Source: Candidatus Brocadia sp. (lineage in GTDB: Bacteria; Planctomycetota; Brocadiia; Brocadiales; Brocadiaceae). Taken from it: DNA of 32,000 nucleotides. Positions 1-8,618 of this stretch are shown piece by piece (position 1 is the stretch's first letter; each line of letters starts with the position of its first letter). A model generated the notes under the pieces. The model had not been told where the DNA came from and did not search any database. It worked only from the letters and a program-made list of their open reading frames with translations. Position numbers and translations under genes: made by a program. The stretch lies in the NCBI GenBank assembly GCA_021650915.1, contig CP091279.1, forward strand, positions 2,250,001-2,282,000. Reading direction: 5' to 3'.

Positions 1-463
1 CGCAGAGGATGCAATCGATCAGCGCGTCCACCTTTGCTCTTTCTTCCGGACGCTGCAATCGTTCCCCACTTGCGGGAAACGGCTTACCGGGCATCAGGTA
101 CGGCTTCATCTGTTCATACTTTTCCCAGAACGATTTCATGTCCACCACCAGGTCTTTCACCAGCGGCATATGGGCAAGGGGACGAATGGTAATCTTGCCC
201 GATTTGAGTTTCAGTACCGGGGTATTGCAGGCAAGGCGATACTTTCCGTTGATATGCATGGCGCACGAACCACAGATGGCCGCCCGGCAGGAAGACCGGA
301 ACGCAAGTGAATCATCCAGCCGCTGCTGAATGTAGTAAAGCCCCTCTAATACCGTCAGGTCCTTCCGGAGAAAAGGGATTTCATATTCCTGAAAGTATGG
401 CTTCGCATCCTGTTCCGGATGAAACCGGAAAATCTGGAAAACAACCGTTTCGTGTGTTTGCAT
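1..463 (-). CDS. sdhB: succinate dehydrogenase/fumarate reductase iron-sulfur subunit, N-terminal part (gene runs off the window start)
   Basis: Absent from the ORF track because there is no stop in the window. My reverse-strand translation from ATG (463-461) gives MQTHETVVFQIFRFHPEQDAKPYFQEYEIPFLRKDLTVLEGLYYIQQRLDDSLAFRSSCRAAICGSCAMHINGKYRLACNT... It carries the C-x4-C-x2-C-x11-C 2Fe-2S motif typical of SdhB/FrdB. Confidence 0.85.
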   Translation of the reverse strand, partial: MQTHETVVFQIFRFHPEQDAKPYFQEYEIPFLRKDLTVLEGLYYIQQRLDDSLAFRSSCRAAICGSCAMHINGKYRLACNTPVLKLKSGKITIRPLAHMPLVKDLVVDMKSFWEKYEQMKPYLMPGKPFPASGERLQRPEERAKVDALIDCILC

Positions 464-467
464 GAGA

Positions 468-1808
468 TCACTCAAACAAGGCGTTTACAAAGGCGTCGGG
501 GTCGAATTTTTCTATATCATCCGCTTTTTCACCAATCCCGACGTATTTCACCGGGATGTTGATTTCATTCCGCATCCCCAGCACAAAACCACCCTTTGCC
601 GTGCCGTCCAGCTTTGCCAAAAATATCCCGGTAACGTCTACTGCCTGCTTAAACAGCTTTGCCTGGGAAAGCGCATTTTGTCCCGTGGTGGCATCGAGCA
701 CCATAAGCACCTCGTGAGGTGCGCCGGGAATCCTTTTGGAAATAACCCGCTTCATTTTGCTCAGCTCGTTCATAAGATTTTCATGAGTATGAAGACGCCC
801 TGCGGTGTCTACAATTACCACATCAATGCCCCGTGCAATGCTTGCCTCCAGAGCATCATACGCCACGGCAGCGGGATCAGAGCCGGTTTGGTGTTTCACA
901 ATCTCCGCCCCGATGCGCTTGCTCCAGATGTCCAGTTGCTCCACGGCAGCAGCCCGAAAGGTGTCGCTTGCGGCGACCATGACCTTCTTGCCGTCCTGAA
1001 TAAAGGTATTGGCGAGTTTAGCAATCGCCGTCGTCTTACCCACGCCATTAACCCCAACAACCAGAATAACGGTTGGGGGAGCGGGGGCATAATTGATGGT
1101 GGTTTGAAGGAACCGCAGACTTTCTTTCAATTTGTCTTTGATAAAATCATGTATCTGAGAGGTCTCCGTTATGGTCTTCGATTTCCACGCCTCGCGTAAC
1201 TCATGCATCAGGCTTTGAACCGCCTTTGCGCCAATGTCTGCACCGATCAGGATATCCTCTAATTCCTCAAGGACGGATTCATCGATCCCTCTCCTGAAGG
1301 CGAAGAGGCCTTTTAACCGTGACCAAAAACGGGTGCGGGTTTTCTCCAGGCTCTTTTTGAGTCTTTCTTCTACAACGGGAATTTCTTCCTGTATGGCAAC
1401 CGGCTCTTCTCCCAGGATGATTTCTGGCAACGGAAAAGCCAATTCTTCGGGAGTTATCAGGGTCTGGCTTCGCGCTTCACCTTTGTCATCTGGCGCTTCT
1501 GTGACGTCTACGGCCAATTCTTCCGTGGTTGCAGAGACGCCCTTTTCGGCTATCAGTATCTCTGTTTCCGAAGAAACAGAGACAAGTCGTATCGTGTCGC
1601 CTTCCACAATAACCTTTTTGGGAGGCTCAAAGGTAAACGTCTTAATTCTTGTCCAAAAACTCCGCCGGGGTTTTCCGGCGGCATTTCCCTGTTGTTGTGC
1701 TGCATCAGGCGATTGTTTTCTCCCGCTTTCCTGTGAAACAAGCGTCTTCGGTGTCTCTCGCTTTTTTTCTCCTGCGGTGTGTTTCTCTTTTTTTGACGGG
1801 TGTTCCAT
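468..1808 (-). CDS. ftsY: signal recognition particle receptor FtsY (acidic/disordered N-terminus plus NG GTPase domain)
   Basis: 446-aa ORF. P-loop [20 protein letters not shown] and [11 protein letters not shown] motifs are diagnostic of the SRP GTPase family. The stop lies 5 nt from the sdhB start. Confidence 0.92.
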   Translation of the reverse strand: MEHPSKKEKHTAGEKKRETPKTLVSQESGRKQSPDAAQQQGNAAGKPRRSFWTRIKTFTFEPPKKVIVEGDTIRLVSVSSETEILIAEKGVSATTEELAVDVTEAPDDKGEARSQTLITPEELAFPLPEIILGEEPVAIQEEIPVVEERLKKSLEKTRTRFWSRLKGLFAFRRGIDESVLEELEDILIGADIGAKAVQSLMHELREAWKSKTITETSQIHDFIKDKLKESLRFLQTTINYAPAPPTVILVVGVNGVGKTTAIAKLANTFIQDGKKVMVAASDTFRAAAVEQLDIWSKRIGAEIVKHQTGSDPAAVAYDALEASIARGIDVVIVDTAGRLHTHENLMNELSKMKRVISKRIPGAPHEVLMVLDATTGQNALSQAKLFKQAVDVTGIFLAKLDGTAKGGFVLGMRNEINIPVKYVGIGEKADDIEKFDPDAFVNALFE

Positions 1809-1832
1809 CAGGGTGTTACCTCCATGATATTT

Positions 1833-3116
1833 TTAGCGGGCCGGGCATCTTTGTCTCAATTTATCAACTAGGTCGCCCGGGATGGTGATTTTGGCAATGG
1901 GACAGTCGAGCCTTCTCTCACCATGAAAATCCGAACCACCGGTTACTGCAAGGTCATATTTCTTTGCAACCTTAAGGTACTTCCTGACGGTCTGGGGGGA
2001 ATGCGAGGGATAATATACCTCAATCCCCTGCAAGCCGTATTGTACCAAATCTCCGATAATGTGGTCTCTTTGCGTGAGTCCCGGATGCGCCAGCACCGCC
2101 ACCCCGCCGGCATCCCTGATGAGTTCAATGGCCTGTTGCGACGTCAGGGTCTTTTTCGGGACATATGCGGGCTTGTTATCTCCTATATATTTGGTAAATG
2201 ATTCGATAATCGTCGCGCAATAGCCGTGTTTCCAGAGCGTTTCCGCCACGTGCATGCGACCCGGGGACCCTTGCCCGGCGAGGGCAAGAATTTCCTGCGC
2301 ATCAATATCAACGTGAAGCGCATGCAATTTGTCCACCATGTCGTGAATGCGATTCACACGATCATCGCGGGATTGTCGTATCATTTTTTGGAGGGAAATG
2401 TTATTCACATCGATAAAATAGCCCAGGATATGCACCTCGGACGGGCTGAGGTATGAAGAAAATTCTATACCGGAAATAATATGGATATTTTTCCCTTGTC
2501 CGTAACGAAGGGCAATGACAAGCCCATCAACGGTATCATGATCCGTAATCGAAATCGTAGAGACGCCGCGGCGCAGGGCGTCATCGACAACTTCTTCCGG
2601 TGTCATGGTGCCATCGGAATAATTGGTGTGGATATGGAGGTCGGCGTTCCCATACTGGACTTCCGATACATTCTGAAGAGGGGGAGGGCACGCTTCTCCC
2701 TTCACTTTTCCGTCTCCACCCTGGGTATAAATCTTATCTAGGATTCCGTTCACAAACGTTCCGGAGTTTTTAGTGCTGAATTTTTTGGCAAGCTCTATTG
2801 CCTCGTTAATTGACACCTTGGGGGGAATGTCGTTCCGGTACAATAATTCGTACACTCCCAAACGGAGAATGTTTTTGTCGATAATGGCCATGCGCCGCAA
2901 TTCCCAGTGCTCAGTAACCATCGATATTTTTTCATCAATTTCTTTCAGGTGTGACCGGCAACCGTTGGTGAGCGCTATCGCAAATTGGTAAACGTCATGC
3001 TTTTCCGTGCTCCTCTTACAAAAACTCTCTATCTCACCAAGGATTTCATCACCACGCAGATCAAGTTGATACAGGGCCTGAATGGCGAGTTCGCGTGCAA
3101 TTGTTCTATTGCGCAT
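1833..3116 (-). CDS. nusB: NusB antitermination factor fused to a PHP-family (TrpH/YciV-like) phosphoesterase domain
   Basis: 427-aa ORF. The N-terminal ~135 aa (RELAIQALYQLDLRG...AIELAKKF...FVNGILDKI) is NusB-like. Residues ~165-427 (DLHIHTNYSDGT...ISITDHDT...GIEFSS...AHPG...TGGSDFHG) carry PHP metal-binding motifs. It sits directly downstream of ribH, as in the classical ribH-nusB arrangement. Confidence 0.85.
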   Translation of the reverse strand: MRNRTIARELAIQALYQLDLRGDEILGEIESFCKRSTEKHDVYQFAIALTNGCRSHLKEIDEKISMVTEHWELRRMAIIDKNILRLGVYELLYRNDIPPKVSINEAIELAKKFSTKNSGTFVNGILDKIYTQGGDGKVKGEACPPPLQNVSEVQYGNADLHIHTNYSDGTMTPEEVVDDALRRGVSTISITDHDTVDGLVIALRYGQGKNIHIISGIEFSSYLSPSEVHILGYFIDVNNISLQKMIRQSRDDRVNRIHDMVDKLHALHVDIDAQEILALAGQGSPGRMHVAETLWKHGYCATIIESFTKYIGDNKPAYVPKKTLTSQQAIELIRDAGGVAVLAHPGLTQRDHIIGDLVQYGLQGIEVYYPSHSPQTVRKYLKVAKKYDLAVTGGSDFHGERRLDCPIAKITIPGDLVDKLRQRCPAR

Positions 3117-3191
3117 GGGTCATCTTTTTGTAAGAGTCCGAACTACGGAGTCACACAGGAGATCCGCTGAAATGAGCAGAAACCGAAGGGA

Positions 3192-3686
3192 TCATGGTTT
3201 TTTCGCCGTTTTTCCACCGGCTGATATCTGATCAATGAGATTTGCCATTTCTATTGCCGACAAAGCGGCTTCCGCCCCTTTGTTTCCCGTCTTTGCGCCA
3301 GCGCGGTTAATGGCCTGCTCCAGGGTTTCCGTAGTAATAACGCCATAAATGGTTGGAACACCCGTCGTCAGTCCCACGTGAGCAATGCCCTTGGCAGACT
3401 CGTTTGCGACATAGTCAAAATGGGGGGTTTCTCCACGAAGAATGGCGCCCAGACAAATCAATGCGTGATATTTGCGACTCTCCGCCGCCTTCAGCGCCGC
3501 AATAGGTATCTCACAGGCGCCCGGCACCCAAAAAATATCGATATCTTCATCTTTTACACCATGCCTGGTCAGACCATCAAGTGCGCCATCCAATAACCGC
3601 TGGGTGATGAAGTTATTGTATCGGCTAACGATGATGCCAAACACCTTTCCAGCGCCCAGTACATTTCCCTGAAATTCCTTTGCCAT
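3192..3686 (-). CDS. ribH: 6,7-dimethyl-8-ribityllumazine synthase
   Basis: 164-aa [23 protein letters not shown]...VPGACEIP...[15 protein letters not shown]... is canonical lumazine synthase sequence. Confidence 0.93.
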   Translation of the reverse strand: MAKEFQGNVLGAGKVFGIIVSRYNNFITQRLLDGALDGLTRHGVKDEDIDIFWVPGACEIPIAALKAAESRKYHALICLGAILRGETPHFDYVANESAKGIAHVGLTTGVPTIYGVITTETLEQAINRAGAKTGNKGAEAALSAIEMANLIDQISAGGKTAKKP

Positions 3687-3706
3687 ACAAGGTCCTCAAG
3701 TTATGA

Positions 3707-3796
3707 GTAGGGTGGATTAAGGCGTTGGCTTTTACGCCGAATCCACCACAACTATTTCCTGGAAAGGTGGATTCGCTCTCGCTTAATCCACCCTAC
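3707..3796. repeat. REPIN-like double hairpin, family R1 (GTAGGGTGGATTAAGGCG...CGCCGAATCCACC / GGTGGATTCGC...GCTTAATCCACCCTAC)
   Basis: Two inverted REP-like units with terminal GTAG/CTAC heads. Related copies occur at 9766-9871 and as a half copy at 12501-12534. Confidence 0.8.
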
Positions 3797-3818
3797 CGTA
3801 AACCAGCTTAAATAAACT

Positions 3819-3870
3819 GAAAATTCCTATACACTCTAGTTAATTAGGCTGCCTTTAGCAACGACTTTTC
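3819..3870. repeat. partial copy of repeat family R3 (GAAAATTCCTATACA..TTAATTAGGCTGCCTT..)
   Basis: Aligns to the reverse complement of 6430-6484 and to 12637-12680. Confidence 0.6.
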
Positions 3871-4293
3871 AGCTCCCCTCTAAAAAGAAGGGCTGGGGGG
3901 GTTATGGTTACTTACACGCACCTAAATCCCCTCTCAAGGGGAAATCATCAGCTTGAAATTCTTCTGCATCCATATACATACAAATACCCCAATTTTTCAG
4001 CTAGACAGTGAAAAATAATAGCATAGACCAGCAAATCTTTCAAGGCTTTTCTGTCGGGCAACGCCCCCCAGCCGGTCACTCTGCGCAATGGAATGCTCAT
4101 TGTGCCGTTATCAGTCAATTCCTCATGGCAAACCGCCGAATTGTTCCTTGTAATTTGAGAAATATAGCGGTATGATACTACCTTTATTTTCGTACCGCAG
4201 GAATAATCATTCCGTATTGGCACAAAACCATGGGAACAGGATGTGGAAGAAACAAAGCCAGAAAACGCAGCATCTGAAACGGAAGGCTTGAGA

Positions 4294-5589
4294 ATGCCGC
4301 TAGGCGCGCATCTTGAAGAGTTGCGGCGCCGGGTCGTATATTCTCTTATCGCTATCATTCTCTGTTTTATCGTGTGCTGGTTTTTTAAAGTGCAGATACT
4401 GGACATGGCAAAGAGGCCCCATAAGTTTGCCATGGAAAAGGTTGGCCTCTCAACAGAATTGCAGGTGCTGAGCTATCAGGAGGGCTTCTATGCATATATG
4501 AAGCTGTGCTTCATAACGTCGGTTTTCTTCGCCTATCCCTTTGTGATATACCAGATATGGCAATTCGTGAGCGCCGGGCTCTACCAGCGAGAGCGACGGT
4601 ACGTGCTCTTGTTCCTCCCCGTTTCCTATGCAGCATTTGTGGTGGGAGGGCTTTTTGGCTATTTCCTGCTCATCCCCTTTGGTCTGCAGTTTTTGATCGG
4701 CATTCTTGGCCCCGGCATTCAGCCAATCATTACCATGCGGGACTACGTCTCATTTGTTTTCATGCTGACCGTGGCGCTGGGACTGGTATTCCAGTTGCCG
4801 CTCGTCATGCTGCTCCTCTCAAAGATCCGATTCATTACCCCGGATAAATTTATTGCATGGAGAAAGTATGCCATCCTGGCAATATTTATTATTGCCGCGA
4901 TCGTCACGCCGCCCGATCCTTTTACCCAGTCCATGACCGCCATTCCCATGATTGTCCTCTATGAATTGGGCATCCTCATTGCAAGGCCTACCAGGAAAGG
5001 ATTTTTCTTTTTAGGCGGCATCGTTGGGGGAGGGATCATGATATTGCTGGCGTTGTATTTTTATTTAACCTACAAGGGCGGTGACGTCAACCTGTTCGAT
5101 ACCCGGGGAGAGGTTCAATTTTTGTACCCGGAAGGGCAGGCATGGGAAGAGGTATCAAACCACAGCCATTTCCGGAACGGTATTACCCTGAAGACCGGCA
5201 GCGAAGGAAGAACTGCCCTGTCTACAAAGAAGGGAATTGACATGAGTATGGACGCAAATACCGAAGTGCATATTGCTGATTCCTTGAAGATAAGGCTCAA
5301 ATCAGGCCAAATCCTCGTCTCCGTGAAAGGGTCGGAAATACCCCTGGAAATCGATACACCAAATGGACGGATCAGAACCGAAAGGGGTACCTTGAACATT
5401 GTGGCGAAGGATTTTCTTACCGTCGTGACTGCAGTAAAGGGCGATGCCGTTCTGGTCATGGAAGGTGAAGAAAAAAAGTTGCTGGAGGGACGGCAGCATA
5501 AGATGTCCATCGGCGGTGAACCGGTCGACATCGGGGCGATTATCAATTGGTCTGAAGGAGTGCTCAACAAACCGGATGGAAAAGAATAA
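4294..5589 (+). CDS. tatC: Sec-independent translocase subunit TatC with an extra C-terminal TM segment and a FecR-like periplasmic domain
   Basis: The ORF track opens at GTG 4243. I prefer ATG 4294 (MPLGAHLEELRRR..., the typical TatC N-terminus, with GGAAGG 8 nt upstream). The first ~250 aa form the 6-TM TatC core. An extra TM follows (FFFLGGIVGGGIMILLALYFYL), then ~170 aa that are FecR-like (GITLKTGSEGRTALS...VHIADSLKIRLKSGQILVSV...IDTPNGRIRTERGTLNIV...VKGDAVLV). Confidence 0.85.
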   Translation: MPLGAHLEELRRRVVYSLIAIILCFIVCWFFKVQILDMAKRPHKFAMEKVGLSTELQVLSYQEGFYAYMKLCFITSVFFAYPFVIYQIWQFVSAGLYQRERRYVLLFLPVSYAAFVVGGLFGYFLLIPFGLQFLIGILGPGIQPIITMRDYVSFVFMLTVALGLVFQLPLVMLLLSKIRFITPDKFIAWRKYAILAIFIIAAIVTPPDPFTQSMTAIPMIVLYELGILIARPTRKGFFFLGGIVGGGIMILLALYFYLTYKGGDVNLFDTRGEVQFLYPEGQAWEEVSNHSHFRNGITLKTGSEGRTALSTKKGIDMSMDANTEVHIADSLKIRLKSGQILVSVKGSEIPLEIDTPNGRIRTERGTLNIVAKDFLTVVTAVKGDAVLVMEGEEKKLLEGRQHKMSIGGEPVDIGAIINWSEGVLNKPDGKE

Positions 5590-5592
5590 TAT

Positions 5593-5614
5593 TTAGCGCC
5601 TTGCAAGGCGCTAA
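5593..5614 (+). terminator. perfect palindromic hairpin immediately after the tatC stop
   Basis: TTAGCGCCTTGCAAGGCGCTAA starts 4 nt after the TAA at 5587-5589. There is no clear U-tract, so termination function is uncertain. Confidence 0.4.
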
Positions 5615-5706
5615 CAAACCGGGTATAGTGGTTGCATTGTTGGGAGCATCCAAGAAATACAGGAATCACTTCTTTCTCTGCATCATGAAAAATCGCGTAT
5701 CGCATT

Positions 5707-5767
5707 AAAAAGTGTGCCATGACACACTTATGTAACGTCACACAAGTGTGTCATGGCACACTTTTTT
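5707..5767. terminator. bidirectional intrinsic terminator-like hairpin
   Basis: AAAAAGTGTGCCATGACACACTT (5707-5729) pairs with AAGTGTGTCATGGCACACTTTTT (5744-5766). The 18-bp perfect stem is flanked by an A-run and a T-run. Confidence 0.65.
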
Positions 5768-5932
5768 ACGTATCTTTTCAACAAACCGCTCACCTCCATT
5801 TTTATCATTCAAATTACAACCTCAATTTAAAAAAGAGGTTACATCAAATATAACATTCACAGCATTTATTTATCTCTTTGCGGCATTTTGCTTGCTGTTT
5901 AATCAATAACTCAATTGAATAACCGTGTATAT

Positions 5933-6083
5933 CACGAAAAGGTAAACCCTGAGTGATCAGGGGGCGCAAAGTAAAGGATCTTCAATTGCGTTCTGAGTTT
6001 TGATTTTAGAAACGATTTGAGAAGATGGCCTTACTGCCGAAGATGTGTCGCACACTATCTTTGCAGTAAGGCCTTTGTTTTTT
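5933..6083 (+). promoter_or_regulatory. candidate c-di-GMP-I (GEMM-I) riboswitch aptamer plus intrinsic terminator expression platform
   Basis: 5937-5972 reads AAAAGGUAAACC-CUGA-GUGA-UCAGG-GGGCGCAAAGU. Compare the Vc2/Cd1 core GGCAAACC-helix-GNRA-helix-GGACGCAAAGC. A second long imperfect hairpin follows (AUCUUC 5978-5983 pairs with GAAGAU 6021-6026). The terminator is GGCCTTACTGC (6027-6037) / GCAGTAAGGCC (6063-6073) followed by TTTGTTTTTT. Confidence 0.55.
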
Positions 6084-6306
6084 AAAGGATGTTCGGCGGA
6101 TTGTGCTATACCGCAAAAAATCTTTCTTTTCCCCTTTTTATGGAGACATGTTTACAAGTTTTTCTACACCCCCACCTGACTTCGTCGTGAGCGCACAGTT
6201 GAACGACAGAGGGACATGGCGGTGGTGGTTTTGCTGCGTTATGGTTTTTTTCATAACTTTTCCGTATGCTACTAATTTTTTTCTCGTATTAGGAGTTTCA
6301 AGGTTT

Positions 6307-6375
6307 GAGATTCTTCGTCCGTTTCACTCCCTCAGAATGACACCGTTTGTCATTCTGCGGGAAGCGAAGAATCTC
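6307..6375. repeat. palindromic repeat (GAGATTCTTCG..CAGAATGAC / GTCATTCTG..CGAAGAATCTC)
   Basis: Imperfect inverted arms at 6307-6341 and 6349-6375. This produces the SLRMT..VILREAKNL pseudo-peptide in ORF 6103..6387. Confidence 0.7.
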
Positions 6376-6386
6376 ATTAATGTATA

Positions 6387-6484
6387 GAAATCTTAAAGTT
6401 GCGGTTGTAGGGCGACAAGGCTCGTCGCACTACCTTGAGAAAGTCGCCGAAGGCAGCCTAATTAAATGTATAGGAATTTCAATG
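6387..6484. repeat. repeat family R3, full copy (internal GTAGGGCGACAAGGCTCGTCGCACTAC hairpin plus GCCGAAGGCAGCCTAATTAA)
   Basis: About 85% identical to the reverse complement of 12631-12724. A partial copy is at 3819-3870 and a fragment at 6575-6600. Confidence 0.8.
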
Positions 6485-6490
6485 TTTGTT

Positions 6491-6565
6491 GTAGGGGCGA
6501 AGCATTTGCTGATATCAGATTTGAATGTCATCTTATATCCTGGACAGCAAATGCTTCGCCCCTAC
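6491..6565. repeat. repeat family R2 (GTAGGGGCGAAGCATTTGC - ~37 nt - GCAAATGCTTCGCCCCTAC)
   Basis: 19-bp perfect inverted arms. Other copies are at 14855-14928 and 31239-31309. Confidence 0.85.
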
Positions 6566-6616
6566 GTGTGATCGTAAACAAAGTAGCCGAAGGCCTAATT
6601 TAAGGATGGTTTAATT

Positions 6617-8602
6617 ATGAATACTATTTTATTATGTCTCTTCAGCCCAAAAAAGTATCTATGTCTCATCCTGCCGGTATTGTTATTCTGTCTTTTTGTC
6701 AACGCCTCTGCCCACCAGGAAATATCAAAAGAAAAGAACGCTGGCGGAGGACGATTTGCGCGGGACAGTTTGCCACCCAGGCAGTATTTTGAAGACCTTG
6801 CGATCCGGCGTTATGCGGTCGTAGTCGGCATATCAGATTACAAAGACCCGGGAATAGCCGATCTGAAATATGCGGATGCCGATGCGCAGGCATTTTATGA
6901 TTTTCTTACCAGCCCGGCCGGCGGTGATTTTCAGAAAGACCAGGTATTGCTTCTGAAGAATGAGCAGGCGACCCTGAAAAACGTTACCCTGGCCATCACC
7001 AATTTTCTTAAAAGGGCAAAAGACCCTGATTTTGTCGTCATTTTCATGGCATGTCACGGCGAGCCCGAACCAGACCGCCCCGGCAATCTCTACCTGCTTA
7101 TGCATGATTCCGAGCCCGGCAGCCTGTCTGCAACTGCCTATCACATGGAAAACGTCAATGCCGACATGAAACGATACGTTGCGGCAAAAAGACTGATTTT
7201 CTTTGCCGACGCCTGCCACAGTTCCGGGCTTACCGGGGAAATGACAAGCACCAGGGGAGGAGCAAATACGATTCATGCGGCGCTTTCCACCCTCAGGGCA
7301 ACGAGAGAGGGGTGGGGAATTGTCAGCGCAAGCAGGGCGCGCGAGGTCTCCGTAGAGTCCAGCCAGTTTGGCGGCGGTCACGGAGCATTCACCCATTACC
7401 TGCTCGAAGGATTAAAAGGAAAGGCCGACGCAGAAGGAAACAAAAACGGCATCGTTACCCTTGTGGAGGCATTCGATTTCGTAGAAGAAAACGTAAAGAA
7501 GGCAACGCACAACGCTCAGCACCCCGATATCTCGGGAAATTTTGACAACAACCTTCCCCTGGGATTCCCCGGGACAGGAACCGGCGCCAATGAAAGCGCC
7601 CAAAGCAGCGACACTCCACCCCTGGGAATTCTGAAGATTCACGGCGCACCTGAAGGGGCAACGGTATTTATCAAAGGGAAGGAAGTTGGCGCCGCGCCGC
7701 TGGACATAAAACTCGTAAGCGGGGCATATCCGGTTATGATAAAAACAAGAGGCGGCCGTGATGTGTCAGATACCGTATTTATCAATCCGGATGAAATAAC
7801 CGAAATCTGCGCCGAGCAATTCTTCGAACAGGTCTATTTTGGTGAAGACTCGGGCGCTTCCGGTAAAACGCTCCTGGCGTATTCAACCGCAGGCGGACCA
7901 TCGCAGGAATACCCAGGCTCCGGTAATGAAACGGGCGCGATGCCGTCAAAGAGTGAAAAGCCTGATGTTACAAAGACGGATGCCCCGTTGCCCGGCAGCG
8001 CCCTGGCCGTACCGGCAGAAATGATGCATAAGAAGACAGACGTGCAGAAAACAAAGGAAAATATCGATGCGCTTATTAAAGAATTGGAGATCATGGCCAG
8101 GCAGCAGGCCGGTGAAGAAAAACCCATGCCTGCCAAAAAGCCCGGAGAAAAGAGACCCGAATCCATAGCCGCTCCTCACGCCGTCCCCATATCACTGAAG
8201 GAATTTTGCGTAAAAATGGGTGCATTGCCCAGCAGGCACACCACCGTCATGCTCCGCCACAGGATTATCGACGCACTCCTGGCCCAAAACGGCTTGCTGG
8301 TGGTGGAAAGAGACTTGGAAATGCAGGAAGCAATCTTACGGGAACAGCGGCTCGGCGGCTCTGTCCTTGCCGATGAGATGTACAGAATAGGGCTGGGAAA
8401 GATACAAAGCGCCCAATTCCTTTTGTTCGGAGAAGTGTCTCAGGGAGAAAAGCCGGATCAAATCATGGTAAGAATAGAGATCGTTGACACGGCAACGACG
8501 CTCATCAACACGCTGGAACGCACCTTTCAGCGCGAAGAAAATCTGGGAGCCGTGGCGCACGATATCGCCGCAAAGATACGAGCAAAAATTATGGTTCAGT
8601 GA
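6617..8602 (+). CDS. secreted caspase-like cysteine peptidase (C14) with a PEGA domain, a disordered linker and a C-terminal CsgG/TolB-N-like domain
   Basis: 661-aa ORF with a signal peptide (LLFCLFVNASA|HQ). The C14 core is RYAVVVGISDYKD...FMACHGEP (His)...FFADACHSSG (Cys). The PEGA-like segment is LKIHGAPEGATVFIKGKEVGAAPLDIKLVSGAYPVMI. The C-terminus LLVVERDLEMQEAILREQRLGG...FLLFGEV...VRIEIVDTATT resembles the periplasmic CsgG/FlgO/LpoB-type fold. Confidence 0.85.
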   Translation: MNTILLCLFSPKKYLCLILPVLLFCLFVNASAHQEISKEKNAGGGRFARDSLPPRQYFEDLAIRRYAVVVGISDYKDPGIADLKYADADAQAFYDFLTSPAGGDFQKDQVLLLKNEQATLKNVTLAITNFLKRAKDPDFVVIFMACHGEPEPDRPGNLYLLMHDSEPGSLSATAYHMENVNADMKRYVAAKRLIFFADACHSSGLTGEMTSTRGGANTIHAALSTLRATREGWGIVSASRAREVSVESSQFGGGHGAFTHYLLEGLKGKADAEGNKNGIVTLVEAFDFVEENVKKATHNAQHPDISGNFDNNLPLGFPGTGTGANESAQSSDTPPLGILKIHGAPEGATVFIKGKEVGAAPLDIKLVSGAYPVMIKTRGGRDVSDTVFINPDEITEICAEQFFEQVYFGEDSGASGKTLLAYSTAGGPSQEYPGSGNETGAMPSKSEKPDVTKTDAPLPGSALAVPAEMMHKKTDVQKTKENIDALIKELEIMARQQAGEEKPMPAKKPGEKRPESIAAPHAVPISLKEFCVKMGALPSRHTTVMLRHRIIDALLAQNGLLVVERDLEMQEAILREQRLGGSVLADEMYRIGLGKIQSAQFLLFGEVSQGEKPDQIMVRIEIVDTATTLINTLERTFQREENLGAVAHDIAAKIRAKIMVQ

Positions 8603-8618
8603 AAGTGATCCCATCGTT

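Noticed and set aside
9-329. 106-aa plus-strand ORF at the window start
   Set aside because: It lies entirely antisense to the much better supported sdhB/frdB-like reading frame (1-463, minus strand). Its composition is low-complexity and no motif is recognisable.
462-1827. Plus-strand ORFs 462..1199 (245 aa) and 1234..1827 (197 aa)
   Set aside because: These are shadow ORFs antisense to ftsY, which has unambiguous SRP-GTPase motifs. I see no domain signatures in them.
3948-4433. 161-aa minus-strand ORF between ribH and tatC
   Set aside because: It overlaps the tatC 5' end and reads through repeat units. It has no RBS or recognisable family, so it is probably spurious.
5115-5741. 208-aa minus-strand ORF
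   Set aside because: It is antisense to the FecR-like part of tatC. It initiates (GTG) inside the loop of the 5707-5767 terminator hairpin.
6103-6571. ORFs 6103..6387 and 6347..6571 between the riboswitch candidate and the caspase gene
   Set aside because: Both are largely translations of palindromic repeats (..SLRMTPFVILREAKNL.., ..QQMLRPYV). The same pseudo-peptides recur wherever the repeats recur (14818..15063 and 31100..31312).
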